From assembly GCA_030698565.1 (NCBI GenBank), contig JAUYJS010000005.1:10607-74606 (forward strand): a DNA stretch of 64,000 nt, written 5' to 3'. Below the pieces are notes generated by a model that was given only the letters and a program-made list of their open reading frames with translations, did not search any database and was not told the DNA's origin. The translations under genes were made by a program, and so were the position numbers. Positions 19,633 through 29,538 of this stretch are shown piece after piece; positions within the stretch are counted from its first letter, which is position 1, and each line of letters starts with the position of its first letter. This DNA is from Candidatus Shapirobacteria bacterium. GTDB taxonomy: Bacteria > Patescibacteriota > Microgenomatia > UBA12405.

Positions 19633-20304
19633 ATGAGAATTTTAATTACGGTACCGGTATACAATGAAAAAAATCGGGCGGTTGAGACAATAAATAGTAT
19701 TTTGGCAATTTCTAATAATAATGTTTTGGTGGTTGATGATGGTTCAATTGATGACACTTGGAAAATACTTAAAAATAATTTTAAAGCTGTTGATAGGGTA
19801 AAACTAATTAAACATGTTTTAAATTTGGGTAAGGGAGCTGCAATGAAAACTGGGGCTGAATGGGCTTGGAAAAGTGGTTATGACGCAATAATTTATATAG
19901 ATGCGGATGGTCAGCATAATCCAAAGCATTTACCACTTTTTGAAGAAGCGATGGAAAATTATAAATTGGTTTTTGGTTATAGGCAACTTGGTAAAGGGGT
20001 TCCTTTTATTAGAAAATTTGGAAACATAATATCAGGTAATTTGATAAAAAAATTATTTGGAATTAAAAGAAAGGATGTGTTGTGTGGATTTTTGGGATTT
20101 AATAAATCTGTTTATAAAAAGATTGTATGGAATTCGACTAGGTATGGAGTTGAAAGTGAAATGACAGCTAGGGCGGGTAGAAATAAGGTTGAATTTTCGG
20201 AGATAAAAATTGATACAATCTATATTGATAAATACAAAGGGGTAACTATTTTTGATGCTATAAAAATTTTATTTAATATTCCCCTTTGGTATTTTTCAAA
20301 ATGA
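19633..20304 (+). CDS. GT2 polyprenyl-phosphate glycosyltransferase (DPM1/GtrB-like, short soluble form).
   Basis: MRILITVPVYNEKNRAVETI...VVDDGSIDDT. The ORF track starts at a TTG at 19591, but the ATG at 19633, preceded by TGGTATAAA, is the more plausible start. Confidence 0.75.
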   Translation: MRILITVPVYNEKNRAVETINSILAISNNNVLVVDDGSIDDTWKILKNNFKAVDRVKLIKHVLNLGKGAAMKTGAEWAWKSGYDAIIYIDADGQHNPKHLPLFEEAMENYKLVFGYRQLGKGVPFIRKFGNIISGNLIKKLFGIKRKDVLCGFLGFNKSVYKKIVWNSTRYGVESEMTARAGRNKVEFSEIKIDTIYIDKYKGVTIFDAIKILFNIPLWYFSK

Positions 20305-20636
20305 ATATACTTGGAGTACAATTGATACTTTTGTGTTTTGCCTTTTTCATGATTTATGTGTTGTTTTTGCATTGGAAAAAGAAAGAAATTAGTAGCTTTA
20401 GTTTTAGTGTGTGGATATTTATATGGACTGTTTTTGTTTTAATTGCAATATTTCCAAAAACTTTAGAAACATTAATTTTGAAACAATTTTTTGTAAGAGT
20501 GATGGATTTTGGGATGATTGTAGCTTTTATTATTTTGACTTATTTAACTTTTGAAAATAATGTAAAAATAAAAAAATATGAGAAACAAACAGAAAAATTG
20601 ATTAGAATTTTGGCTGTGAATAAAAAACAAAAATAA
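20301..20636 (+). CDS. Small 3-4 TM membrane protein, DUF2304-like. This family typically sits immediately downstream of DPM1-like GT2 genes.
   Basis: About 111 aa. ATGA start/stop overlap with the upstream GT2. Hydrophobic segments LGVQLILLCFAFFMIYVLF, WIFIWTVFVLIAIF and MDFGMIVAFIILTYL. Confidence 0.5.
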   Translation: MNILGVQLILLCFAFFMIYVLFLHWKKKEISSFSFSVWIFIWTVFVLIAIFPKTLETLILKQFFVRVMDFGMIVAFIILTYLTFENNVKIKKYEKQTEKLIRILAVNKKQK

Positions 20637-20639
20637 TTT

Positions 20640-22538
20640 ATGAATAAAGAAATATTTATAACTGGTAGCAATGGATTTATCGGTCAATATTTGGTCAATT
20701 ATTTAAGTCAAAAAGGGTTTGTGGTTTATGCTTTATTGAGAAAAAAATCTATTCCTGGTTTTAATTTAAATAAAAATGTTGTGTGTATTATTGGTGATTT
20801 GTTGAATAAACCTTCATTAATAACCGGAATACCTAAAAATAGCATAGTTGTTAATCTGGCCGCAAATCCTTATCACCCAAAATTGAGTTATAAAGTAAAT
20901 GTTGAAGGTACACAAAATTTAATAGATGTGTGTAAAAAAAACAAAGTAAATAGAATTATTCATATTAGTAGTCAGGCAACTAAAATTGAGAATAAAGGTG
21001 TCTATGCTAAGACAAAAAATAAAAGTGATGAAATTATTAATAACTCTGGTTTAAATTACGTTATTTTAAAACCAAGTCTGGTTTATGGTGGGGGCGAAAA
21101 AGGTTTGTTTAATAAAATTAGAAGCTTGGTTAATAAAATTCCGTTGGTACCTATATTTGGTAGTGGTAAAACAAAGGTTAATCCCGTTTATGTTGAGGAT
21201 TTATGCAAGTTTATAGAACTAACAGCTTTAAACTCCAAAGATAAAAATTCTATATACGATGTCGGAAGTGTAAAACCGATTACTTACAATCAATTATATC
21301 GGGGAATAGTTGTGGGTATAGAAAAAAATATTTGGTTTTTACACATACCAATTTGGGTGGGAATTTTGTTTGGGAAATTATTTGAATTAGCTAAACTAGG
21401 AAATCCACCTTTTTTTATTGACAATGTTTTGGGTTCTACACAAGAAACAAACTGTAACCCAGGCCCAATTATAAAAAAATATAAATACGAGCCTTTAAGT
21501 TTTATGGAAGGTTTGAAATTGATAAATAAAAAACCTGCTGTTAATGTGGGGATGGTTGGTTTGGGAAAAATGGGATTATTACATTTATCTATTTTGAGTA
21601 GTTTTAGGGATGTAGATATAGTTGCTTTAATTGATACAAATAGAAAACTGTTTACCACTATAAAGAGTATGGGAGTAGCGGGAAATTTTTATGAAAATAT
21701 TGAAGAGGCCTTGAAAAATGAAGAAATTAATGCTGTTTTTGTGTTAACACCAACTTTTACACATTTGCCAATTATTAAAACTTTACTGAAAAAAAATATT
21801 AGTATTTTTGTGGAAAAACCAGCTACCTTAAACCAAGGTCAATTAGAAGAAATTACAAAACTTAAAACAAGTTATAAAGGAATATTTAATGTTGGTTATA
21901 CATTGCTTTTTAAGAGAATTTATCGAGAAATAAAAAATATAATTGATACAAAAAAATATGGGAAAATTAAGTCGTTTGAGATAAATTTCGAACACGGTGA
22001 AGTTTTTGGAAAGAGAAATGGTTGGATGTTTAGTAAAGAAAAATCCGGAGGAGGTGTTTTAATGAATCCCGGACCTCATGTATTTTCATTGATAAATTTA
22101 TTGTTTGGAAAACCGGAAAAAATAAGTGGAGATATATATAAAATATATTCTTTAGAGGTTGATGATGAGGCAAGGTTAAATTTAGACTATAAAGATTTTG
22201 AGGGTAAAGCCTTTTTGTCTTGGTCGGTTAAAAATAGAAATATTGCGACAACAACGATTAAAATTAATTTTGAAAAATCAGAACTAAATACTGATGGAAA
22301 TATAATTGAAATTATCCCAACTAATGGGAAAATGATTAAAATAAGCGAAAAAGACTCACCTGTTTTGCTTGATGGCACCTTGAATATAAATCCCGATGCT
22401 AATGGTGAAGCGTATTATATTGAAGATAGATTGTTTGTTGATTCAGTAAAGGATAAAAAGGATGCGAATATAAATAATTTTGAGTTTGCGTATGATACGG
22501 AAAGTATGATATTTAAAAGTTATTTGAAATCAAAATGA
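20640..22538 (+). CDS. Fusion protein: N-terminal NAD-dependent epimerase/dehydratase (SDR) and C-terminal Gfo/Idh/MocA-family oxidoreductase.
   Basis: N-domain IFITGSNGFIGQYLVNYL with YAKTK. At about residue 300: VNVGMVGLGKMGLLHLSIL, a second Rossmann fold, and FVEKPATL (the EKP motif of Gfo/Idh/MocA). Confidence 0.7.
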   Translation: MNKEIFITGSNGFIGQYLVNYLSQKGFVVYALLRKKSIPGFNLNKNVVCIIGDLLNKPSLITGIPKNSIVVNLAANPYHPKLSYKVNVEGTQNLIDVCKKNKVNRIIHISSQATKIENKGVYAKTKNKSDEIINNSGLNYVILKPSLVYGGGEKGLFNKIRSLVNKIPLVPIFGSGKTKVNPVYVEDLCKFIELTALNSKDKNSIYDVGSVKPITYNQLYRGIVVGIEKNIWFLHIPIWVGILFGKLFELAKLGNPPFFIDNVLGSTQETNCNPGPIIKKYKYEPLSFMEGLKLINKKPAVNVGMVGLGKMGLLHLSILSSFRDVDIVALIDTNRKLFTTIKSMGVAGNFYENIEEALKNEEINAVFVLTPTFTHLPIIKTLLKKNISIFVEKPATLNQGQLEEITKLKTSYKGIFNVGYTLLFKRIYREIKNIIDTKKYGKIKSFEINFEHGEVFGKRNGWMFSKEKSGGGVLMNPGPHVFSLINLLFGKPEKISGDIYKIYSLEVDDEARLNLDYKDFEGKAFLSWSVKNRNIATTTIKINFEKSELNTDGNIIEIIPTNGKMIKISEKDSPVLLDGTLNINPDANGEAYYIEDRLFVDSVKDKKDANINNFEFAYDTESMIFKSYLKSK

Positions 22539-23125
22539 TTCTCGGAAATATAAAAAAAATAGATTTTGATTATGTGAGTTTTGATAAAAAAAATAAGAAA
22601 AATAAATTGACAATAATTCCCAATGTTGGCGGAATTGCCAGGGAAATGACTGGTGGTTCACAAATAGGAATTATTTTAAAAAAATTTTTATCTTTAACTC
22701 TTAAAAATAAACTTACTCTTTGTTTGAATAATATTTCTTTTTTACCTCAATTAGCTAAAATGGATTATGCAGTGGGCGTAAAGTTGTTGTGTGAATTAGA
22801 AATATTGAAAGCCAAGGATGTTAATGTTAAAAAAAATAAATTTATTTTACATAACCAAATGGTAGATATGGCTTTGGCTTTAAATAACAAAAAGGTGTTT
22901 ATTAATTATTTTTATTTATCTAAAAAATATTGTTTTGATCCTGCTTTAATAACGTACAATATTGGACCATTAATAAAAATGCTTTCATCTCTTCCAAGTA
23001 TTTCGGAAAATTTAACAATCTATACACCAATAAACAAAGATAATTATTTAATGAATCCGGGTTTAGAAGATGTTTCAGACTATTTAAATAAATCTGGAAT
23101 TAATTTTATAAATATTTATGAATAA
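22535..23125 (+). CDS. Hypothetical protein. No family recognised.
   Basis: 196 aa, no TM helix and no recognisable motif. It overlaps the upstream stop and the downstream start, so it is part of the operon. Confidence 0.3.
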   Translation: MILGNIKKIDFDYVSFDKKNKKNKLTIIPNVGGIAREMTGGSQIGIILKKFLSLTLKNKLTLCLNNISFLPQLAKMDYAVGVKLLCELEILKAKDVNVKKNKFILHNQMVDMALALNNKKVFINYFYLSKKYCFDPALITYNIGPLIKMLSSLPSISENLTIYTPINKDNYLMNPGLEDVSDYLNKSGINFINIYE

Positions 23126-24059
23126 AGAAAATACCATTGATCTTAATAAAATAGGTTTAGATTTTCTACGGTGGAGTAAAAAAAATCCCGTAGGTAAAAT
23201 TCCACGAGGTGTATCGAAAGAGGGGGCTGGAGAAAACAGAGTACCTTTTGCGCACTTAGCCAATTCGGTTCCGGTGTATTTGACTTTTCGAGAGATCTTG
23301 AAATTATCAAAACATGAAAGAGCCTTTGTTTTGGATATTGGCTGCGGTACTGGTAGAAATATTTCTTATGTAAAGGAAAGCGTAAAAAAAACCGAATATG
23401 AGTTCTTTGGCGTTGATTATTCAAAATCCTGTATTGACTTTGCACGAAGTCAATATAAAAAACAAGGCGTAACTTTCGTTCAGCATGACGGTAAATATTT
23501 ACCGTTTCCAGATTCTTGTTTTGATTTTGTAGTATCATCCCATGTGCTAGAGCATATAGATAAAGAGGGTGGTATATTTTACTTTAAAGAAATTTCCCGT
23601 ATTTTGAAGAAAGGTGGTGTTGCGATAATTGGGACTCCTAACCGTAAACATTGCCAGGATCTATTTGCAATAAATATAAATGATGATAAACAATACAGGT
23701 TAATATTGCCGCATTTACACGAATATTATTATGATGAATTAAAAAAAATGGTGATTAACTCTTCTATTTTTTCAAAGGTCTCGGTAGATCAGACAGTTAA
23801 TCTAGTTAACAGGAAACTAATGGTTGATTCAATTGAAAAAATTAAGCCAAGAGCTGGTTTTCTGAATAAAATTAAGTATACTATATATACCGTTCTAAGA
23901 AGTAATATAAGACTGCAAGATTTGATGGCAAGAATTGGAACCGAATATATTCTTAAAAGAATGGGTGTTGGTTATAAGGATCTAATAAAGAGTACTTATT
24001 ATATAAAAGATGATGGTAAGGGTGATGGTGACAATTTTATAGTTATTGCAGAAAAATAA
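23118..24059 (+). CDS. Class I SAM-dependent methyltransferase.
   Basis: VLDIGCGTGRN (motif I), FDFVVSSHVLEHI, LKKGGVAII (post-I/II). Confidence 0.8.
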   Translation: MNKENTIDLNKIGLDFLRWSKKNPVGKIPRGVSKEGAGENRVPFAHLANSVPVYLTFREILKLSKHERAFVLDIGCGTGRNISYVKESVKKTEYEFFGVDYSKSCIDFARSQYKKQGVTFVQHDGKYLPFPDSCFDFVVSSHVLEHIDKEGGIFYFKEISRILKKGGVAIIGTPNRKHCQDLFAININDDKQYRLILPHLHEYYYDELKKMVINSSIFSKVSVDQTVNLVNRKLMVDSIEKIKPRAGFLNKIKYTIYTVLRSNIRLQDLMARIGTEYILKRMGVGYKDLIKSTYYIKDDGKGDGDNFIVIAEK

Positions 24060-24061
24060 AT

Positions 24062-25519
24062 CTAGTTTTTTGAAAATAAGATAAAATTGCTTGTTTCTTT
24101 AAGAATTCGATATTCCTTGTTGTTTTTAAATTGGTGTATATATCCAAATTGTTCTTTTTCTGTCAAAGGCCAATAATTATTATCTTTACCCAACAACAGA
24201 TATTTTACCTTGTCATAATAAACTGGAAAAATGTATAAATTTTGTCTGTTAGTTAAATGGCCAGATATATAATCTTGAGTAGACACGGGTGAATTTTCGG
24301 GGATTAATTTGATCATGTCGTCCATTTCCCTATCTAATGGAGTGTAAAAACTTTGAAGTAATAGGTGAAAGTTTAATTTTGGAGAAGTAAATTTTTTATA
24401 ACCCGTATACATAAAAATAACTACTATAAATAGTATTATGAAATTATAATTAATATTAAATATTTTTTTAGAAATTTTACTAAAATTATTAATTCCTAAA
24501 ATTACTGCATAAATAAAAAAAGGTATACTTAAAGATTCATAGTGCATGGTAGTTGATTTTAAAAGTAAATCGGTGGAGAGAAGATTGGCTGATAAGGCAC
24601 TAAGACCAACTAAAGTAATCAATGGAGCAAAAAAGAAAAAAGGAAAAATGGGAAAAAATAATTTTGATAAATAACTTATATTTTGACTCGTAAATACACT
24701 TTTAAAAAATAAAACAGGATTTTTAATTGAATTTACAATAATATTAAAAATTGAGCTGCCAAGAGGATTGCCATAAATACTCTCAAAAATATAAGTATGA
24801 TAATTTGAAAGTTGGGGTATAAAAACTTTTATTGTCAAAAAAAAGTAGACCAAACTTATTAGGGCTGTGGTTATCCCCCTTCTTTTGTTTTTTGAGGTCA
24901 AAATTAAATATAGACCAAAGAAAAAGGCAGTAATGGCTACATTTTCTTGAACTAGTAGGAAAAGAGCTAGGGAAATATAATAAAACTTTTGATTTAATTT
25001 TTCATTTGCATAAATGAGTAATAAACCAAAAAAAATTGACAAGGAAAATGCGTGAAATTCACTAAGTACCGCTGAAACCGAAGTAAAATAAGTGAGAAAT
25101 AGTGTTTGGATAATTATGGCTATATAAAAGTTTTTTAATTTATCTTTGGCCAATAAAAAAACTATAAATCCACCTAGTGCCGTTAGAAGTGACTGAATTA
25201 TTAAAAGTGTTTGAGGGACAGGGAAAATATAATAAAAAGGTACAAATAAAAAAATAATCGGATTAAAGTGTATACCGAAAACATTGCTGTTGGTGGGGAT
25301 CTCCATATTTCTATCCCCCCAAAAATTGTGAATACTGTAATTGAATGTATTTTGCATCGGTCGACCATGCACCGTATTCCACATAGCCTGGGCAAAATTA
25401 GTTAAATCTCCCCTGGTCCTGTGGGCATTATATAACTCAATTGATTGAGTAAAATATGCTATAAAAAAAACTAAACACAAACCTAGGCTAATTAAATATA
25501 AATAATATTTTTTTTTCAT
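24062..25519 (-). CDS. Polytopic membrane protein, DUF2079-like (GT-C clan candidate).
   Basis: 11 or more TM helices. The first extracytoplasmic loop RTRGDLTNFAQAMWNTVHGRP...FGIHFNPI resembles the DUF2079 N-terminal signature. The family call is from memory. Confidence 0.45.
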   Translation of the reverse strand: MKKKYYLYLISLGLCLVFFIAYFTQSIELYNAHRTRGDLTNFAQAMWNTVHGRPMQNTFNYSIHNFWGDRNMEIPTNSNVFGIHFNPIIFLFVPFYYIFPVPQTLLIIQSLLTALGGFIVFLLAKDKLKNFYIAIIIQTLFLTYFTSVSAVLSEFHAFSLSIFFGLLLIYANEKLNQKFYYISLALFLLVQENVAITAFFFGLYLILTSKNKRRGITTALISLVYFFLTIKVFIPQLSNYHTYIFESIYGNPLGSSIFNIIVNSIKNPVLFFKSVFTSQNISYLSKLFFPIFPFFFFAPLITLVGLSALSANLLSTDLLLKSTTMHYESLSIPFFIYAVILGINNFSKISKKIFNINYNFIILFIVVIFMYTGYKKFTSPKLNFHLLLQSFYTPLDREMDDMIKLIPENSPVSTQDYISGHLTNRQNLYIFPVYYDKVKYLLLGKDNNYWPLTEKEQFGYIHQFKNNKEYRILKETSNFILFSKN

Positions 25520-27489
25520 TTTTTATTTTCGTAAATTAAGTAATTTTGATCTTGATAAACCGGTTTAATATTTTTTAATTTTGTTAAAACAAAATCTTGG
25601 CAATAATTATTGGATAATTCGATGGGATTGTTGGTGATTATGTAATCAAAACTACTAAGGGTATCACTATAATAGTTGCTGTTGGTTTTAAAAAAATTTT
25701 GCCAACCGATCCAATACCAATTACATTGGTGTGTTTGAGCAGAAAAATTGACACGTGGAAGAATATGTTTAGATGCATCTAAAACCTTTTTATGGACATT
25801 ATTTTGGGTTGATTTATTAATAAAAACAATTGGTCCATTGTCAGCGTTTGGTTGGTTGTAGTATTCTGGTTGAAAAAATTGTTTCGTATATAAAGGGAAA
25901 GCTCTGAAATATTTATACGTGTTAAATATGTTGAAAATAATTATGATTGTGGAAAGAGGTATGATATATTTTTGAAATCTAGATAAATTAAGTTTAGAAA
26001 TGTAAATAACCGTTACTAGCGCCAATATAAATTGATAAGGCCATACGTATCGGTAATATCGAGTCACTATTCCTACGGCAAAGTAGGCAATAAAACTATA
26101 AAGAAAAATAATTTGGATTTGCTCAAACTTTTGTCGTTTTACAATTTGGATTGCAAGTTTAACGAGGATTACTAAAAAAATAATCGCAAACAGGATATAG
26201 GCTAAGGTGGTATAACCAGGAGTTGCTTCTAAAAATGAACTAGACTTAATGAAAGTTAAGAGTGGGTATGTGACAAAGCCCCCCGTAATCCATTGATATT
26301 TATTAAGTGTTGTCTGAATCATAAAATTATTTTCCAAAATATCATTCGGCGCCCAAATTTTTGGAGTTGGAAATAAGTATTGAGCGAAAGGAAAGACGGG
26401 ACTACCAGTAAAACTGTAAGTTCTAAAAAGCCAAATGGTTAAAGGAAAAAGGAAAATAAAAGAAATTAATGCAAAGTTTTTTAGTGTTAAATGAACTTTT
26501 GATAGACAAACTATTATTAGTGGTAAAAAGAAAAAAACCAATGGGAAGTATTTCATGCCCGAGGCAAAACCGAAAAGAAAGGACGAAAAGTAAACCAAAT
26601 AAATATTTGGTTTTTCTAAATAGAGATAGCAAAAGTAAATAGAGATAAGACAGATTACTAATAAAAGCAAATCATAATATCCATTTGAGGATTGAAAAAT
26701 AACAATGGGTGTAAGAAGGATGGTGTAAGACAGGACTTGCAGTGAGGTACTCAAATTAAATTTTTTGAATATTTCTTTTAAAAAATAAATAAGTAATATT
26801 AATGGAAATACAAAGGAAAATTGAAAACCCCTTAGCCCCCCTATCTGATAAAAGAAACTAAAAAAACCAATTCCGTTTTGAGGAAATAATGAAGAAATAC
26901 TTTCTAAAATTGGCGCGAAAGAATTGTTGAGTATATACCATTTGGCATTATACAAATTAGCCATAACTGCATCCCAGTGGTATTGAGGTTGAGAACTAAT
27001 TATAAAACTCAAATTAATTATAAAAAGATCGATAATATTGAGTTTTATAATAAATTGAATTAAGTTTTTATGTATCTGTGTTGGAATCTTTTTATTTAAT
27101 TTAAATTTGTAGAAGATAGAGATAAATAAAACAGAACAGATAAAAATAAGCGATAGCTTGGGATTTAAAATTAAGCCGGCCACTATATAAACTTCTATGA
27201 GTAAAATAAAAAGACCAAATGAAAGTAGTAATTTACTTTTAAAATCGGGAAATATTTTATAAGAAATAAAATTGAGAGTATAAAAGATAAATATTAGAAA
27301 TAAAGAAAATGAAAATCGAAAATAAACGAAAAACAATAAAAATAAGCAAGTAATAATTACTGTTTTATATTTTTTATGCCAAGAAGCTGTCTTAATTAAA
27401 AATAATTCAATAAGAGTAAAAAAGAATGACAGATAAAAAATATATATGACACTATTGGGATGAATTAGTTTTGAAATTAACTGGATCAT
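25516..27489 (-). CDS. Large polytopic membrane protein (657 aa, 15 or more TM helices). It is a putative GT-C-type glycosyltransferase of unassigned family.
   Basis: Hydrophobicity pattern only. The C-terminal roughly 120 aa are hydrophilic. No definitive motif. Confidence 0.35.
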   Translation of the reverse strand: MIQLISKLIHPNSVIYIFYLSFFFTLIELFLIKTASWHKKYKTVIITCLFLLFFVYFRFSFSLFLIFIFYTLNFISYKIFPDFKSKLLLSFGLFILLIEVYIVAGLILNPKLSLIFICSVLFISIFYKFKLNKKIPTQIHKNLIQFIIKLNIIDLFIINLSFIISSQPQYHWDAVMANLYNAKWYILNNSFAPILESISSLFPQNGIGFFSFFYQIGGLRGFQFSFVFPLILLIYFLKEIFKKFNLSTSLQVLSYTILLTPIVIFQSSNGYYDLLLLVICLISIYFCYLYLEKPNIYLVYFSSFLFGFASGMKYFPLVFFFLPLIIVCLSKVHLTLKNFALISFIFLFPLTIWLFRTYSFTGSPVFPFAQYLFPTPKIWAPNDILENNFMIQTTLNKYQWITGGFVTYPLLTFIKSSSFLEATPGYTTLAYILFAIIFLVILVKLAIQIVKRQKFEQIQIIFLYSFIAYFAVGIVTRYYRYVWPYQFILALVTVIYISKLNLSRFQKYIIPLSTIIIIFNIFNTYKYFRAFPLYTKQFFQPEYYNQPNADNGPIVFINKSTQNNVHKKVLDASKHILPRVNFSAQTHQCNWYWIGWQNFFKTNSNYYSDTLSSFDYIITNNPIELSNNYCQDFVLTKLKNIKPVYQDQNYLIYENKK

Positions 27490-27491
27490 AA

Positions 27492-28487
27492 TTACTTCTT
27501 TGAATATATTCCAAAAAATGTTTCTGGTTTTAAAATATTGTTTTCCAGATAGTACTTATCTAAGTTAACAATAAAGTCGAAGATTGATCGGTCTAGTGCT
27601 TGTCTTAGATCAAAATTGGGGCCAAATTTGGTGTCGAAAAATCTGCGACAAAGCGAAAAGGCTGGGATGTAATAAACCTCATTTAAGTGTTTTCTTAGGG
27701 ACGGAAGTATGGCTTCAGAATTGATACATTCAAATGAATTAATGGAATAATCGACATTCTCATAAGTTTCGGCGTAAACAGGATCGGCGTGTTTAGTATA
27801 ATCAATTTTAAATTTAGGAGGTAATATTTTCCAGATATTATTAACAACTTTAAATGTTTCGTCCCACATTAAATAACCATTTTTAGTTGGAATGTCTACG
27901 GTTACAAAAATACCACCTGGTTTTAAACTTTTATTAATTTCTTTACAGATATGATCAAGTTTAAGAAAGTGATGTAGTGAGGCGTGGGCAAGAATGACAT
28001 CATATTTATTTTCAGGAAGGGAGATTTTATTTACGTCTTGAGTGATAGCATTAAACTTTATATTTTGTTTTTTAGCTTCGTTTTCGCCTTGTTTTAGGGC
28101 TGATTCATTTATATCGACACAAGATAACTCCAGTTCAGTGCCGTTCTTTTTGAGAAGTGGGGCAATTCCTAGAAGTTCTAAACCACATGCTCCTGATCCT
28201 AGACCTAATAATTTAATTTTTTTCTTATTTTTTGTGTGTCGACTAATATATTCATTTAGACTTGAAACACCGGTTTTTTTTTTGATATTTTCCACAAAAT
28301 GGATATCGGTGTCAGTCCAAACTGGTGGAACATCTTGAAATAATTTATCTTTAAAAATATTTTTATAATGTTCTATTTCCCCTTCCATTTTTTGAGAATA
28401 ATTTTTATTATTCTCTTTTCGCTTTTTATCTGACAATTGGTTGGTTAAGGATTTGAACAATTTTTTCAGACGAGTCACCTGTTCCAT
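27492..28487 (-). CDS. Class I SAM-dependent methyltransferase.
   Basis: LLGLGSGACGLELL, VILAHASLHHF, LKPGGIFV. The true start is probably an internal Met (MEGEIEHY), which would reduce the 62-bp overlap with wecB. Confidence 0.75.
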   Translation of the reverse strand: MEQVTRLKKLFKSLTNQLSDKKRKENNKNYSQKMEGEIEHYKNIFKDKLFQDVPPVWTDTDIHFVENIKKKTGVSSLNEYISRHTKNKKKIKLLGLGSGACGLELLGIAPLLKKNGTELELSCVDINESALKQGENEAKKQNIKFNAITQDVNKISLPENKYDVILAHASLHHFLKLDHICKEINKSLKPGGIFVTVDIPTKNGYLMWDETFKVVNNIWKILPPKFKIDYTKHADPVYAETYENVDYSINSFECINSEAILPSLRKHLNEVYYIPAFSLCRRFFDTKFGPNFDLRQALDRSIFDFIVNLDKYYLENNILKPETFFGIYSKK

Positions 28488-29538
28488 AGGGATTGTTTGA
28501 TTTTGAAATTTTTAAATAATGTTTTTTATTTTCTAAAACATCTTTTATATTTTTATATATTTTATCTTTTTTAGTGCCTACTAAAATTAGTGTCCCTGCC
28601 TTAATCCCCTCTTGTCTTTCAGTTTCGTCTCTTAAAACCAGGACTGGTTTGTGAAATGTAGGAGCTTCTTCTTGAAGTCCTCCAGAATCGGTAGCAACCA
28701 AGAAGCATTGACTCATTAATTTAACCATATCTGTGTAAATTAATGGCTTAGTTAAATATATTCTATTATGGTTACTTAGTATTTTTTTGGCAATGTCTTG
28801 AATAAGTGGATTTAGATGAACGGAAAAAATTACTTGAGTGTCGGGGTAATCAATAATTATATTTTTTATAGCTTGAAAAATATCTTTCATGGGTTTGCCA
28901 ATAGATTCGCGGCGATGACAAGTTAGGAGAATAGTTTTTTTACTAAAATCTATGGTTTTTAATATTGGTTCTTGATAACCAATATTTTTTTGAGCAATAA
29001 ATTTAATGGCATCGATGACAGTATTGCCTGTAACAAAAATATTATCCTTTATATTTTCTTTTAATAAGTTATTTTTATTGTTTTGAGTTGGACAAAAATA
29101 AATATTGGATAATTTATCTACAAGTTGACGATTAATTTCTTCGGGGAATGGGTTTTGATTGTCGTATGTTCTTAACCCTGCTTCAATATGACCAATGGGG
29201 ATGTGTAGGTAAAATCCTGCTAAGGCAGAAACAAATGCAGTGGTGGTGTCACCGTGGACTAAAATTAAATCCGGTTTTTCGGTTTCAAATATTTTTTGAA
29301 TCTTTGATAATACTTTTTGGGTAATATCGAAAAGTGTTTGGTTTTGAGTCATAATATCCAGATCATAATCTGGTTTTATATTAAAAATGTCCAAGACTTG
29401 GTCGAGCATTTCTCGGTGTTGGGCGGTAGCAACTACAATTGTTTGAATTTTGGTTTTTCTTAAAGCCATAATAATTGGAGCCATCTTTATAGCTTCGGGT
29501 CGAGTACCAAAAACACAGATTATTTTTTTGTATTTCAT
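28426..29538 (-). CDS. wecB: UDP-N-acetylglucosamine 2-epimerase (non-hydrolysing).
   Basis: KIICVFGTRPEAIKMAPII, HIEAGLRT, 370 aa. Confidence 0.85.
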   Translation of the reverse strand: MKYKKIICVFGTRPEAIKMAPIIMALRKTKIQTIVVATAQHREMLDQVLDIFNIKPDYDLDIMTQNQTLFDITQKVLSKIQKIFETEKPDLILVHGDTTTAFVSALAGFYLHIPIGHIEAGLRTYDNQNPFPEEINRQLVDKLSNIYFCPTQNNKNNLLKENIKDNIFVTGNTVIDAIKFIAQKNIGYQEPILKTIDFSKKTILLTCHRRESIGKPMKDIFQAIKNIIIDYPDTQVIFSVHLNPLIQDIAKKILSNHNRIYLTKPLIYTDMVKLMSQCFLVATDSGGLQEEAPTFHKPVLVLRDETERQEGIKAGTLILVGTKKDKIYKNIKDVLENKKHYLKISKSNNPYGTGDSSEKIVQILNQPIVR

